Origin: Candidatus Omnitrophota bacterium
GTDB lineage: Bacteria; Omnitrophota; Gorgyraeia; Zapsychrales; Zapsychraceae
Length of the DNA stretch: 64,000 nt
Assembly (NCBI GenBank): GCA_029261065.1
Contig: JAJDCB010000023.1
Span: forward strand, 39,682 to 103,681
Reading direction: 5' to 3'
Every line of letters begins with the position of its first letter. The first letter of the stretch is position 1. A program made the position numbers and the translations under genes. Under the pieces are notes generated by a model, which did no database searches, was not told the DNA's origin, and saw nothing but the letters and a program-made list of their open reading frames with translations. Below, one piece after another: positions 18,657 through 27,873 of the stretch.

Positions 18657-19557
18657 AGAGAAAAAGGGTCATTTCTTTAAACGTATCATCAATCAAACGG
18701 TAAGTCTTTATCTCATAGCGGCAACCGTGTTGGTATTTGGGGTGAATTATGAAAAATTGAATATTGGTACGAATATTCGTATGCAAAGATATTCATCTGA
18801 AAAAAGTTATCGGGATTTAGTTGGCGTGATGAATCAAACCAATGCCGTCAATCAATCGGTTTTTAAAGGTTATGCCTATTATTATGAAAAAATTTTAGAG
18901 AATGCTCCTGAGAATGGGGCTGCTTTAACGGTGTTAGGATATTGCTATTATCATTTAGAAAAAAAAGATAAAGCTATTGCTGCTTATAAACAGGCCATTA
19001 AGACAAATCCGGATGTTTTTTGGAATTATTTTAATTTAGGGGTTATTTATTTTAAAAAAGGGGCCTATCGCGATGCTGTCAGTTATCTGGATTTGGCCAT
19101 CGAGAAAATGCCGGAGGCTAGTCTGTCTTTTATCAATGATTCAAAGGCGATTTTTAAACCTATTATTGAAAGTAATCAGTTGACTGTAGAACAATTAAGA
19201 GAGCAATTGAAAGGTGGTTACAAGGACGCTTATCAGATGTTAGTGATTAGTCACTATCGATTAAAGCAATATCAGCTAATGATGAAATACGCGCAATATG
19301 CCCAGATTGCAAAAATTGGAAGTTTGGATGTGTTTTATTTTTATATGGGACTTTCTGCATATAAACAAAGAAATGTTGATTTGGCTTTAGATTATGTTCA
19401 AAAAAGTTTGGATATCAATCCTACGTTAAAAATAGCTGAAGGATTGGATGATTTGTGTGAGAAAGCGAAGAGTAGCGGAGGTGCGTATGATTTGGAGCAG
19501 GCATTATCACCGTTTGCTGAGCTTAAATTAGAGAAGACGGCTGTGCGTGTCTTTTAA
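18631..19557 (+). CDS. Tetratricopeptide repeat protein with N-terminal TM helix
   Basis: TPR motifs LGYCYYHL…AIAAYKQAI…P and NLGVIYF. Confidence 0.85.
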   Translation: MVKKKKGVKEKKGHFFKRIINQTVSLYLIAATVLVFGVNYEKLNIGTNIRMQRYSSEKSYRDLVGVMNQTNAVNQSVFKGYAYYYEKILENAPENGAALTVLGYCYYHLEKKDKAIAAYKQAIKTNPDVFWNYFNLGVIYFKKGAYRDAVSYLDLAIEKMPEASLSFINDSKAIFKPIIESNQLTVEQLREQLKGGYKDAYQMLVISHYRLKQYQLMMKYAQYAQIAKIGSLDVFYFYMGLSAYKQRNVDLALDYVQKSLDINPTLKIAEGLDDLCEKAKSSGGAYDLEQALSPFAELKLEKTAVRVF

Positions 19558-19643
19558 GGAGAAGCAAAATTTGTTTTCCTTGTCTTGTGTTCCATAATTA
19601 TTGATGGTAAGCTAAGTTCAAAATTAGAGAAAGGAATTAATTC

Positions 19644-21236
19644 GTGGTCAGATTAGTATTTTTATTATCACTATTAGTAATAGTTGTATTAAATATATAT
19701 GTAGCAAATTTTTATCCTCCCATTTGGTGGTCCATGGTCGTCTTTGGGCCTATTTTAATTATTGGCCTTCTTGATATGTTGCAAACAAAGAAGGCGGTAA
19801 GAAGAAATTTTCCTATCATTGGTAATTTTCGTTACCTTCTTGAAGCCATTCGCCCTGAAATCAATCAATATTTTGTTGAATCTAATTCATCTGGCCGACC
19901 CTTTAGTCGTGAAGATCGCTCTGTTGTTTATCAAAGAGCGAAGGGTCAGCGCGATACTTTGCCGTTTGGTACGCAAATGGATGTTTATGAAGTTGGTTAT
20001 GAATGGCTCAATCATTCTGTGACACCAACTCTTGTCGATCCAAATTCTATGCGTATTATTATTGGTTCTGAGCAATGTAAACAGCCTTATAGTGCGAGTA
20101 TTTTAAATATTGGTGCGATGAGTTTTGGTGCTCTCAGCAAAAATGCAATTTTGGCCCTTAATCAAGGTGCTAAATTGGGGAACTTTGCGCATAATACGGG
20201 TGAGGGTGGTATCAGTCCTTATCATTTGGCAGGGGGTGGTGATTTAATTTGGCAAATTGGGACAGGTTATTTTGGTTGTCGTAATAAAGATGGTAGTTTT
20301 TGTGAAGAGCTGTTTGTGGATAAAGCTATTGATCCTCAGGTTAAAATGATTGAAATAAAATTGTCTCAAGGCGCTAAGCCTGGAGGGGGAGGTATTGTTC
20401 CAGGTGTTAAGGTTACTAAGGAGATTGCTGATATTCGAGGTGTTCCTGTTGGAAAAACGGTCGTTTCTCCAGCGTCTCATTCAGTATTTAATACGCCAGT
20501 TGGGCTTTTAGAGTTTGTTCAAAAATTGCGAGATTTATCAGGTGGAAAACCTGTTGGTTTTAAATTATGTGTTGGTAAGCGACATCAATTTTTAGCCATA
20601 TGTAAGGCGATGCTTAAGACAGGAATTTATCCAGATTTTATCTCTGTAGATGGAAGTGAAGGTGGAACGGGTGCCGCTCCCTTAGAATTTTCGAATCGTT
20701 TAGGTTATCCTTTGACGGAAGGTTTAAGATATGTTCATAATTCATTGGTGGGTGTGGGTGTAAGGGAGCAAATTAAAGTATTAGCGAGTGGAAAAATTAT
20801 TACGGGTTTTGGTATGGTTCATCGAATGTGTACGGGGGCTGATGGTATTTATTCGGCACGAGGCATGATGTTATCTTTGGGATGTATTCAGGCGGTCAGT
20901 TGTAATACGAATGCCTGCCCGGTTGGAATTGCAACGCAGGATCCTGGTCTTGTTGTTGGTTTGGTTGTTAAACAAAAGAATAAAAGGGTTGCCTCGTATC
21001 ATGAACAAACGATTAGAAGTTTGAGTAAATTAATAGGTGCGATGGGTCTTAATCATCCTTCAGAATTAAGTCCTTGGCATATTATGCGTCGTATTGATGC
21101 CATAACGGTGAGTCATTATTCTGGGTTGTACGATTTTATTGAAAAGGGATGTCTTTTAGGTAGGCATGTTCCTGCCCATTTTGCTGAGGCCTGGAAAGCA
21201 GCCTCAGCAGATACATTTGATCGGGTATTTGAATAA
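19644..21236 (+). CDS. FMN-binding glutamate synthase family protein
   Basis: AMSFGALS, HNTGEGG, EIKLSQGAKPG, DGSEGGTGAAP, GCIQAVSCNTNACPVG. Confidence 0.92.
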   Translation: MVRLVFLLSLLVIVVLNIYVANFYPPIWWSMVVFGPILIIGLLDMLQTKKAVRRNFPIIGNFRYLLEAIRPEINQYFVESNSSGRPFSREDRSVVYQRAKGQRDTLPFGTQMDVYEVGYEWLNHSVTPTLVDPNSMRIIIGSEQCKQPYSASILNIGAMSFGALSKNAILALNQGAKLGNFAHNTGEGGISPYHLAGGGDLIWQIGTGYFGCRNKDGSFCEELFVDKAIDPQVKMIEIKLSQGAKPGGGGIVPGVKVTKEIADIRGVPVGKTVVSPASHSVFNTPVGLLEFVQKLRDLSGGKPVGFKLCVGKRHQFLAICKAMLKTGIYPDFISVDGSEGGTGAAPLEFSNRLGYPLTEGLRYVHNSLVGVGVREQIKVLASGKIITGFGMVHRMCTGADGIYSARGMMLSLGCIQAVSCNTNACPVGIATQDPGLVVGLVVKQKNKRVASYHEQTIRSLSKLIGAMGLNHPSELSPWHIMRRIDAITVSHYSGLYDFIEKGCLLGRHVPAHFAEAWKAASADTFDRVFE

Positions 21237-21281
21237 AGAGGGGGTCATTTTGTTGTTGAAAAAAATAAGTGAGGTTAACTA

Positions 21282-21647
21282 ATGTCAAAAAAAATATTAA
21301 TTGTCGATGATGATCCTGTTATTGTGCGGTTAATGCAATCGAAGTTAAAAGAACAAGGCTATGATGTGTTCACTGCCGTCGATGGCTTAGATGCTCTTGT
21401 AAAAGTAAAGAAAGAAAATCCGGATTTGGTTGTTCTTGATATTGTTATGCCAGAAATAAATGGATATGATGTGTGTTGCGAACTTAGATTTAATAAAAAT
21501 TTTGAGAAGATTCCAATTGTTATTGTGACGGAGACGGAGAAGGAAATTGATGATAATATTGGAGAGCGCGTTAACATAGAACATTTATCAAAGCCTGTTG
21601 ATATCAAAGAATTGATGGAGAAGATAGAGAAACTGCTAAATGGGTGA
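21282..21647 (+). CDS. Single-domain response regulator (receiver)
   Basis: ILIVDDD, LDIVMPEING, KP motifs. Confidence 0.92.
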   Translation: MSKKILIVDDDPVIVRLMQSKLKEQGYDVFTAVDGLDALVKVKKENPDLVVLDIVMPEINGYDVCCELRFNKNFEKIPIVIVTETEKEIDDNIGERVNIEHLSKPVDIKELMEKIEKLLNG

Positions 21648-22317
21648 AGCCAAACGAAAAAACAAAAAGTCTGGTAGGTCATTTCAACTCTCACCACAGA
21701 AAAGTAAGTTTGCTACTATTTTTATTGTTGTTATTATTCTCGCTGTGGTGGGCATAGATTTTATCCAAAGAAGTAAAAACTCTCCTCTAACTTATTTTGA
21801 TCCAAATAGATCCAAGGGTAATGTCGAGGCGCCTTTACAAATCATTGAGTTTGTTGATTTTCAATGTCATGAATGTTTTAAGGGGGCGAAAATTCTAAAA
21901 TCTTATAGCGATAAATATCCTGAAGCTATCCATTTAACGATTAAACATTTTTCTTTAGGTCAAAAGAACTCCGTTATTGGGGCTATCTATGCGCAATGCG
22001 CCGCTAACCAAGAACAATTTTGGCCTATGCACGATTTGTTATTTGAGAATCAAAATAATTGGCGTAAGATGCCAGGTGTTGAAGCGTATTTAGATAGGTT
22101 TGTAGCACAATTGTCTTTGGATGGTAGTGCTTTTCAACAATGTGTCCAAAGCAACGATGTCCGTATTTTAGTTAACAATGAACATTCTTTAGGGCAAGCT
22201 CACTTTGTGCAATCAACCCCTGCTTATTTTATTAATGAAGAGTTGGTTGTTGGTCTTATAACCCTTGAGGCTTATTTAAAAGATTATTTTGAAGAGCAAA
22301 GAGGGGATTTATTATAA
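21640..22317 (+). CDS. Membrane-anchored DsbA-family thiol-disulfide oxidoreductase
   Basis: EFVDFQCHEC (CxxC), QFWPMHDLLF, cis-Pro loop STP. Confidence 0.85.
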   Translation: MGEAKRKNKKSGRSFQLSPQKSKFATIFIVVIILAVVGIDFIQRSKNSPLTYFDPNRSKGNVEAPLQIIEFVDFQCHECFKGAKILKSYSDKYPEAIHLTIKHFSLGQKNSVIGAIYAQCAANQEQFWPMHDLLFENQNNWRKMPGVEAYLDRFVAQLSLDGSAFQQCVQSNDVRILVNNEHSLGQAHFVQSTPAYFINEELVVGLITLEAYLKDYFEEQRGDLL

Positions 22318-22320
22318 GTG

Positions 22321-22591
22321 GCTTTTTGAAGTATTCGCGGGTAATCTTGAGGCTAAAAACTTTTGTGATGCTCAAACATCCTTCGCTCAATAGCTTTTCT
22401 ATTGATGGTCAAGCCATATGATCATAAGAGCGAGTTCCACAGCAAGCAATTTTTAGAAAAATGCGTAGCGAGGACTGTCCGAGCGAATGATCATATGGCT
22501 TGACCATCAATTTATTGTAAGCTATCGGCTGCGGAACTGCGCGTGACAAAATTTTTTAGCCTCAAGATTGCCACTTGAATTTTCAAAGAGT
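22321..22591. repeat. Long imperfect inverted repeat (~270 bp), MITE/REPIN-like
   Basis: Perfect 17-bp arms 22343-22359/22553-22569 and perfect 25-bp arms 22401-22425/22487-22511. Confidence 0.85.
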
Positions 22592-22637
22592 TTCATAAGT
22601 TTATTAAATTATTTCGACTTAGAAAGAATTATTAGTT

Positions 22638-23498
22638 ATGAAAGTATCCTTAATTGGTGTTGGTTTGATGGGATATGCAATGGCCGAGAGACTTATTGCT
22701 TCAGGTCATCAGTTAACAGTCTTTAATCGTAGTACCTCAAAGGCTGAGCCTCTTAAAGAATTAGGGGCAACGATCGCGGTTAGTGCTAAAGATGCCATAC
22801 AAGAGGCTAGTGTTGTTATCCTTATGGTCAGTGATGCGCGCGCTATTGAGCAATTGCTTTTTACAGATGGGCAGGTAAATCTTTCTGGACAAACCATTAT
22901 TCAAATGGGAACGATAGCCCCTTCTGAGAGTATTGAAATTCAGAAAAAATTATTTAAGCAAGATTGCCACTACTTCGAATGTCCCGTACTCGGTTCTCGA
23001 AATGAAGCAAGGGAAGGGCGGTTAATTCTTTTAGTTGGGTCTTCGAAAGAAAAGTTTGAACGTTGGCTTGATTTTCTAAAAGTTTTTGGGCCTTCTCCTC
23101 GATGGATTGGTGATGTAGGAAAAGCCGCAGCACTAAAGTTGGCCTTAAATCAGTTGATTGCCGCTCATGCCTTAAGTTTTTCGTTAAGTTTAGGAATCAT
23201 TGAAAAGAATGAAGTGGACGTCGATACGTTTATGACCATATTACGAGAAAGTGCTTTGTATGCTCCTATGTATGATAAGAAGTTATCAAATTGGATGAAA
23301 CAAAGTTATGAAAATCCTAATTTTCCAACCAAACATCTTTTGAAAGATGTCGATTTGATTCTTGATGAGGTTAATAACAAAGGGTTGAGTAACGAAATAC
23401 TGCAGGCTATGAGAAATGTTATTGAACAGTCCGTTAACGAAGGTTTAGGTGATAAAGATTATTCTTCTGTTTTTCAAATTATTAATCGATTAAAATAA
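22638..23498 (+). CDS. NAD(P)-dependent beta-hydroxyacid dehydrogenase (3-hydroxyisobutyrate dehydrogenase family)
   Basis: GVGLMGYAMA Rossmann motif, CPVLGS, catalytic KLALN. Confidence 0.9.
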   Translation: MKVSLIGVGLMGYAMAERLIASGHQLTVFNRSTSKAEPLKELGATIAVSAKDAIQEASVVILMVSDARAIEQLLFTDGQVNLSGQTIIQMGTIAPSESIEIQKKLFKQDCHYFECPVLGSRNEAREGRLILLVGSSKEKFERWLDFLKVFGPSPRWIGDVGKAAALKLALNQLIAAHALSFSLSLGIIEKNEVDVDTFMTILRESALYAPMYDKKLSNWMKQSYENPNFPTKHLLKDVDLILDEVNNKGLSNEILQAMRNVIEQSVNEGLGDKDYSSVFQIINRLK

Positions 23499-23504
23499 TT
23501 GTCT

Positions 23505-24437
23505 ATGATTAAAGCTCATGAATTAACTAAATACTTTGGACGTCAAAAGGTTCTTGATCAAGTCTCCTTTGAGATAGGTAAGGGGGAGATTGTTGGTTTT
23601 CTTGGGTCAAATGGGGCTGGCAAGACAACGTTAATGCGGATATTAACATCATTTCTGCCAGCATCATCAGGAGATGTTTCTATAAATGGTTTTGACGTGG
23701 CTAAGAAGTCATTGGCTGTTCGCCAAATTGTTGGCTACTTACCTGAAAATCCTCCTTTGTATCTCTCTATGACCGTTAAAGATTATTTAAAGTTTGCCGC
23801 TAAGTTAAAAGACGTGGCAGCAAAACAATGCTCTGCTCAGGTTGAGAAAGTGATGAGTGAGTGCCGGTTAAAGGACGTAGAACATAAGGTTATTGCAACG
23901 CTGTCCAAAGGATATAAACAACGTGTAGGTATAGCTCAAGCCATTATTAACGATCCAAGCCTTTTAATATTAGATGAGCCAACCAGTGGATTAGATCCTG
24001 TTCAAAATCTTCAGGTGAGAAATTTGATTAAAAATTTAGAATCAGAGCGTACCGTTATTCTTAGCACACATATCCTTTCTGAAATTGAGCAGGTCGCCAA
24101 ACGGGTGATGATTATCAAAGAAGGGAAGGTCTTAGTAGACGAACGATTGTCTGATTTATTAACGAAATCAAGTGCGCAAAAAAGAATGGTATTAAGAGTA
24201 AAAGGTGAAAAGAAATGTGTCGAGACTGTTCTTGAGAAGATAAATGATGTTTGTCTGCTTAATACTGTATCTTCCTCACAGGAACATCATTTTGATCTCG
24301 AACTTGCCGATGAGAAGTTGATTCATGAGTTATTAAGTTGCCTGGTTAATGAACCGGTCCAAATATTAGAAATGAGTCCAGCGGTTTCTCGGCTGGAACA
24401 TACGTTTGTTTCAATGGTAAATGAAAATAATGACTAA
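23505..24437 (+). CDS. ABC transporter ATP-binding protein, GldA-like
   Basis: GSNGAGKTT, LSKGYKQRVG, LILDEPTSGLDP, STH. Confidence 0.92.
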   Translation: MIKAHELTKYFGRQKVLDQVSFEIGKGEIVGFLGSNGAGKTTLMRILTSFLPASSGDVSINGFDVAKKSLAVRQIVGYLPENPPLYLSMTVKDYLKFAAKLKDVAAKQCSAQVEKVMSECRLKDVEHKVIATLSKGYKQRVGIAQAIINDPSLLILDEPTSGLDPVQNLQVRNLIKNLESERTVILSTHILSEIEQVAKRVMIIKEGKVLVDERLSDLLTKSSAQKRMVLRVKGEKKCVETVLEKINDVCLLNTVSSSQEHHFDLELADEKLIHELLSCLVNEPVQILEMSPAVSRLEHTFVSMVNENND

Positions 24438-25140
24438 AATTTTCGCTATCACACAAAAAGAATTAAGTGGTTATTTCCGATCACCAATGGCCTACATTGT
24501 TTTATTGGTGACGATGTCTATTTTTCATGTCTTTTTCTTTATTATTATCGATCACAATCAAGAAGCAACATTGCGTGATGTCTTTGCTGTGATGGAATTT
24601 TTATTTGTTTTTATAGTGCCTTTGTTAACGATGAAGGTTTTTGCTGAAGAGAAGGCGACGGGCACGATGGAGTTTTTGATGACGACCCCAACAACGAATA
24701 CCGCGATTGTTTTGGGTAAATTTTTTGGGAGTCTTATTTTTATGACAACTATCATAGGCGTCATTTTTGTCTATTACGCGATTATTGAGTTTTATGGATC
24801 TCCCGATCGATTGGCCACGTTTTCTGGCATTCTCGGCCTTTGGCTTGAAGGCGCATTGTTTGTCGCCATTGGCCTTATGGCTTCTTCCTGGACGCGCAAT
24901 CAAATGGTGGCTGCGATTTGTACGTATCTCATTCTTTTTATGTTATATTTTTCAGTCACCCTTGAAAAATTTCTTTCAGGGACCCTTGGAGCACTTGTTT
25001 CCTATTCTGGCGTTTGGTCGCATACCAAAAACTTTTCAGCAGGTCTCATAACACTTTCAGATGTAACTTATTTTGTCACTGGCATTGTGCTATCACTTCT
25101 TATAACCCGTTACTGTATTGAAAATAGATTATGGCGTTAA
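24430..25140 (+). CDS. ABC-2 permease, GldF-like
   Basis: KELSGYFRSPMAY, AEEKATGTMEFLMT, VLGKF; start could also be 24421. Confidence 0.88.
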   Translation: MTKIFAITQKELSGYFRSPMAYIVLLVTMSIFHVFFFIIIDHNQEATLRDVFAVMEFLFVFIVPLLTMKVFAEEKATGTMEFLMTTPTTNTAIVLGKFFGSLIFMTTIIGVIFVYYAIIEFYGSPDRLATFSGILGLWLEGALFVAIGLMASSWTRNQMVAAICTYLILFMLYFSVTLEKFLSGTLGALVSYSGVWSHTKNFSAGLITLSDVTYFVTGIVLSLLITRYCIENRLWR

Positions 25141-26726
25141 AAGATAATTTTAAAAAACTACCGATGCTTCTTTTGCTTGGGTGTGTCTGCATCATAGCGG
25201 GTCTTGGGATTTCTTTTATCGAAGGTTACGCAAGTCAGAAGTATTTATTGCTCACCGCGGTCGGGGCTTTGTGTTTATTGGTCGTGTGTGTGGTATTGGA
25301 TCGTGGGCTTCGCGGATCGCGAAAGCAATCTTTGTGGCATAAATGGCTTTATTCGGTTTTGATTTTTGTTTTATTGGCAACGGTTTATGTGGAGGTTAAT
25401 TATTTAGGGTATTTTTACAATGTGAGATTTGATGTCACGAAACAAAAACAACATACGTTATCAGATAGTACAATAGATTTTCTTGCCGAGTTAACACAGG
25501 ATGTTAAACTCACAGTGCTTCACGTTGGGATTGCTCCTAAATATGTCGAAGATATATTAAGCGAATTTAAGCGGCATTCTAAAGGAAGAGTTGCAACCGA
25601 GGTAATAGATCCTCTTGTTGATATTGGTTATGCCGCACAATTTGATACGGTCATTACAGGAAAAGAACAACGGCTCATTGTTCAGGCCGCCAATGAACGG
25701 CGTGATGTAGATTTTTCCGAAGAGCCTCTGACAGAAGAAGACATCTTTAATGCGATTCTGCGCGTTACAAGAGAGGCCCGGCATGTTTATTTTCTCTCCG
25801 GTCACGGAGAGCGGGAGATATTCGAAGAAAACGAAAAAGGTTTTAATACGTTTACGAAAAAGTTGTTGGCCAATAATATTATTCCCAAAGAGCTTTTCTT
25901 GGGGGTAACAAAAAAGATTCCAGAGGATTGCGATGTCTTGGTGGTAGTGGGGCCGAGTGAACCTTTAGATGAATTAGAGATCACTTTGATTAGAGACTAT
26001 CTTGCCCAGGGAGGAGATGCTTTTTTCTTAGTCGAACATACGTTTGTGTCAACTTCAGATAAACCGATTCGTGATGAGGATCTTCATCGTAATCCTTCTC
26101 TTAACGAAATCGTTGAGGATTGGGGCATCACGATAGAAGAGGATGTTGTTATTGATTTGGCAAGTAACGTTGGCGACCCTGGAAGTCCAGCCACCAAAAA
26201 TTATCTCACTCATCGCGCGATTGTCGGCGGTTTAGATTACACTTTTTATGTTCGCCCACGCTCTATCTCAATGAAGAAGGACCGGCGAAAAACAATTAAA
26301 CTAGCCCCCTTAGTGTTAACCGCTTCTGAAAAACAAAGTTGGGCGGAAAAGAATCGTTTTATTGATCAGATTAAATTTACAGAAGGAGAAGATCGCGCCG
26401 GCCCCGTCCCGTTAGCCTTTGTTATCTTCGAACCTCAAATCGAAGAAAAACTCTCCGAGACCCGCATCGTCGTTTTCACAGACGCTGACTTTCTTAGCAA
26501 CGCCTTCATCGACAGCTACAGCAATGCCCAGATGGGCCTTAAATCTATTAGCTGGTTAACGGAATTGGATTTTAAGGTTTTTGATAATAAGTCTGATATA
26601 GAGGTAGAACAACTCAACTTAACCTCCCAACAGAAGCGTATGGTTGTCTTGGTGTTATTATTGATGCCAATTATTGTTCTGTTGATTGGATTGTCTGTTT
26701 GGATTAAGTCTTTGAAGAGAAGCTAG
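25131..26726 (+). CDS. GldG-like ABC auxiliary protein
   Basis: RFDVTKQKQHTLS, VYFLSGHGE, RIVVFTDADF and a C-terminal TM helix. Confidence 0.88.
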   Translation: MALKDNFKKLPMLLLLGCVCIIAGLGISFIEGYASQKYLLLTAVGALCLLVVCVVLDRGLRGSRKQSLWHKWLYSVLIFVLLATVYVEVNYLGYFYNVRFDVTKQKQHTLSDSTIDFLAELTQDVKLTVLHVGIAPKYVEDILSEFKRHSKGRVATEVIDPLVDIGYAAQFDTVITGKEQRLIVQAANERRDVDFSEEPLTEEDIFNAILRVTREARHVYFLSGHGEREIFEENEKGFNTFTKKLLANNIIPKELFLGVTKKIPEDCDVLVVVGPSEPLDELEITLIRDYLAQGGDAFFLVEHTFVSTSDKPIRDEDLHRNPSLNEIVEDWGITIEEDVVIDLASNVGDPGSPATKNYLTHRAIVGGLDYTFYVRPRSISMKKDRRKTIKLAPLVLTASEKQSWAEKNRFIDQIKFTEGEDRAGPVPLAFVIFEPQIEEKLSETRIVVFTDADFLSNAFIDSYSNAQMGLKSISWLTELDFKVFDNKSDIEVEQLNLTSQQKRMVVLVLLLMPIIVLLIGLSVWIKSLKRS

Positions 26727-27104
26727 GGGCAGAGAAAAAGGTGCCCTTTTTTATTTGTAATAGTATTAATATTATTAAGCAAAGCCCACTTTTCACTCCG
26801 AATTATTGTATTTTTCCCCGTTTATTGTTAACTCCAGAGTTGAATTAGCCATTGCATTTTGTGGCTTGATTAAGACTCAAATTTTCATTCAAATTTGATG
26901 CAAAACCTTAAGTCTTTTGTTTTCATGTTGTTATGAATCAATTAGGGTGTTATACAAAATTTTCTTTCAAAAAGACAACGTTTTCTTTTGAATTTTTGGC
27001 AAACCTAGGTCACTTGTGGATTGCATGCTAAACTTTAACGAGTGACAAATTTGTCAGCCGGTATCATAAATGGCTTGCTGACTAAAAGAAAGGAGGGGAT
27101 CAAG

Positions 27105-27785
27105 ATGAGTATAGAAACTTTAGTTTTAGAACCACTTAAGGGTATGATGGATACTGTCTTGTTCAGTTTCATCCCCACTTTGTTTATAGCCCTATTGATT
27201 CTAGGGGTCGGTTGGCTTATGGTTCGGTTTTTACGCGATAAGGTTATCGTGTATTTTTTAGAGTTAATCGAATTTGATAAGATTGCCGATAAAATGGGGA
27301 TAAAAGCTGTCCTTAAATCAGGTGGTATCAGACGTAGCCCAAGTGCTGTTGTAGGATGTTTAGTCTATTGTGTGATGATGGTCATGGTTCTTATTTTGAC
27401 TGTTCAAGCACTAGGTTTTCATTTTGCTGCAGGACTCATTGATAGCATGTTGGGGTATATTCCTAGTGTTATTATAGGAGCGCTTGTTCTTATAATTGGT
27501 ATGTATTTAGCACGGTTTGTTTCCGTGTTAGTTTACATCGCCGCTAAACACACAGATATGCCAGCACCAGCGATGCTTAGTCGTTTATCTAAGCTTGTTA
27601 TCATGATTTACGTCGCGATTCTTTACCTTAAAGAAATCGGTTTTGTCGCGTTATTTGAAGGCGTGCATTACACTATCTTTATTGGTGGTGTGGTCTTTGC
27701 TTTAGCTTTGGCTTTTGGCTTAGCGGGTAAAGATGTTGCTTCACATTATTTACATGTATTTGATGTGAAAAAGTCGGCCAAATAA
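27105..27785 (+). CDS. TM-helix repeat (CmpX/MscS-associated) membrane protein
   Basis: AGGAGG RBS at 27091; repeated FIPTLFIAL / YIPSVIIGAL helices; ALAFGLAGKD. Confidence 0.82.
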   Translation: MSIETLVLEPLKGMMDTVLFSFIPTLFIALLILGVGWLMVRFLRDKVIVYFLELIEFDKIADKMGIKAVLKSGGIRRSPSAVVGCLVYCVMMVMVLILTVQALGFHFAAGLIDSMLGYIPSVIIGALVLIIGMYLARFVSVLVYIAAKHTDMPAPAMLSRLSKLVIMIYVAILYLKEIGFVALFEGVHYTIFIGGVVFALALAFGLAGKDVASHYLHVFDVKKSAK

Positions 27786-27803
27786 TGAGACTCATATATG
27801 ACG

Positions 27804-27839
27804 AGGCAGTCACCCTTATAGGGTGGCTGCCTTTTTTTT
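27804..27839 (+). terminator. Intrinsic terminator
   Basis: AGGCAGTCACCC-TTATA-GGGTGGCTGCCT followed by a T-run. Confidence 0.85.
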
Positions 27840-27873
27840 GACTCCTATACATATTGTGTTATAATATCGCCTT

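Noticed and set aside
23505-26726. Gliding motility system
   Set aside because: GldA/F/G-like ABC transporters are widespread outside gliding bacteria, and there are no gldKLMN or spr genes here.
26727-27090. Long AT-rich intergenic region as a hidden RNA or sigma54 promoter
   Set aside because: Only a weak terminator-like hairpin (26726-26752) was seen; I found no convincing GG-N10-GC promoter and no recognisable RNA motif.
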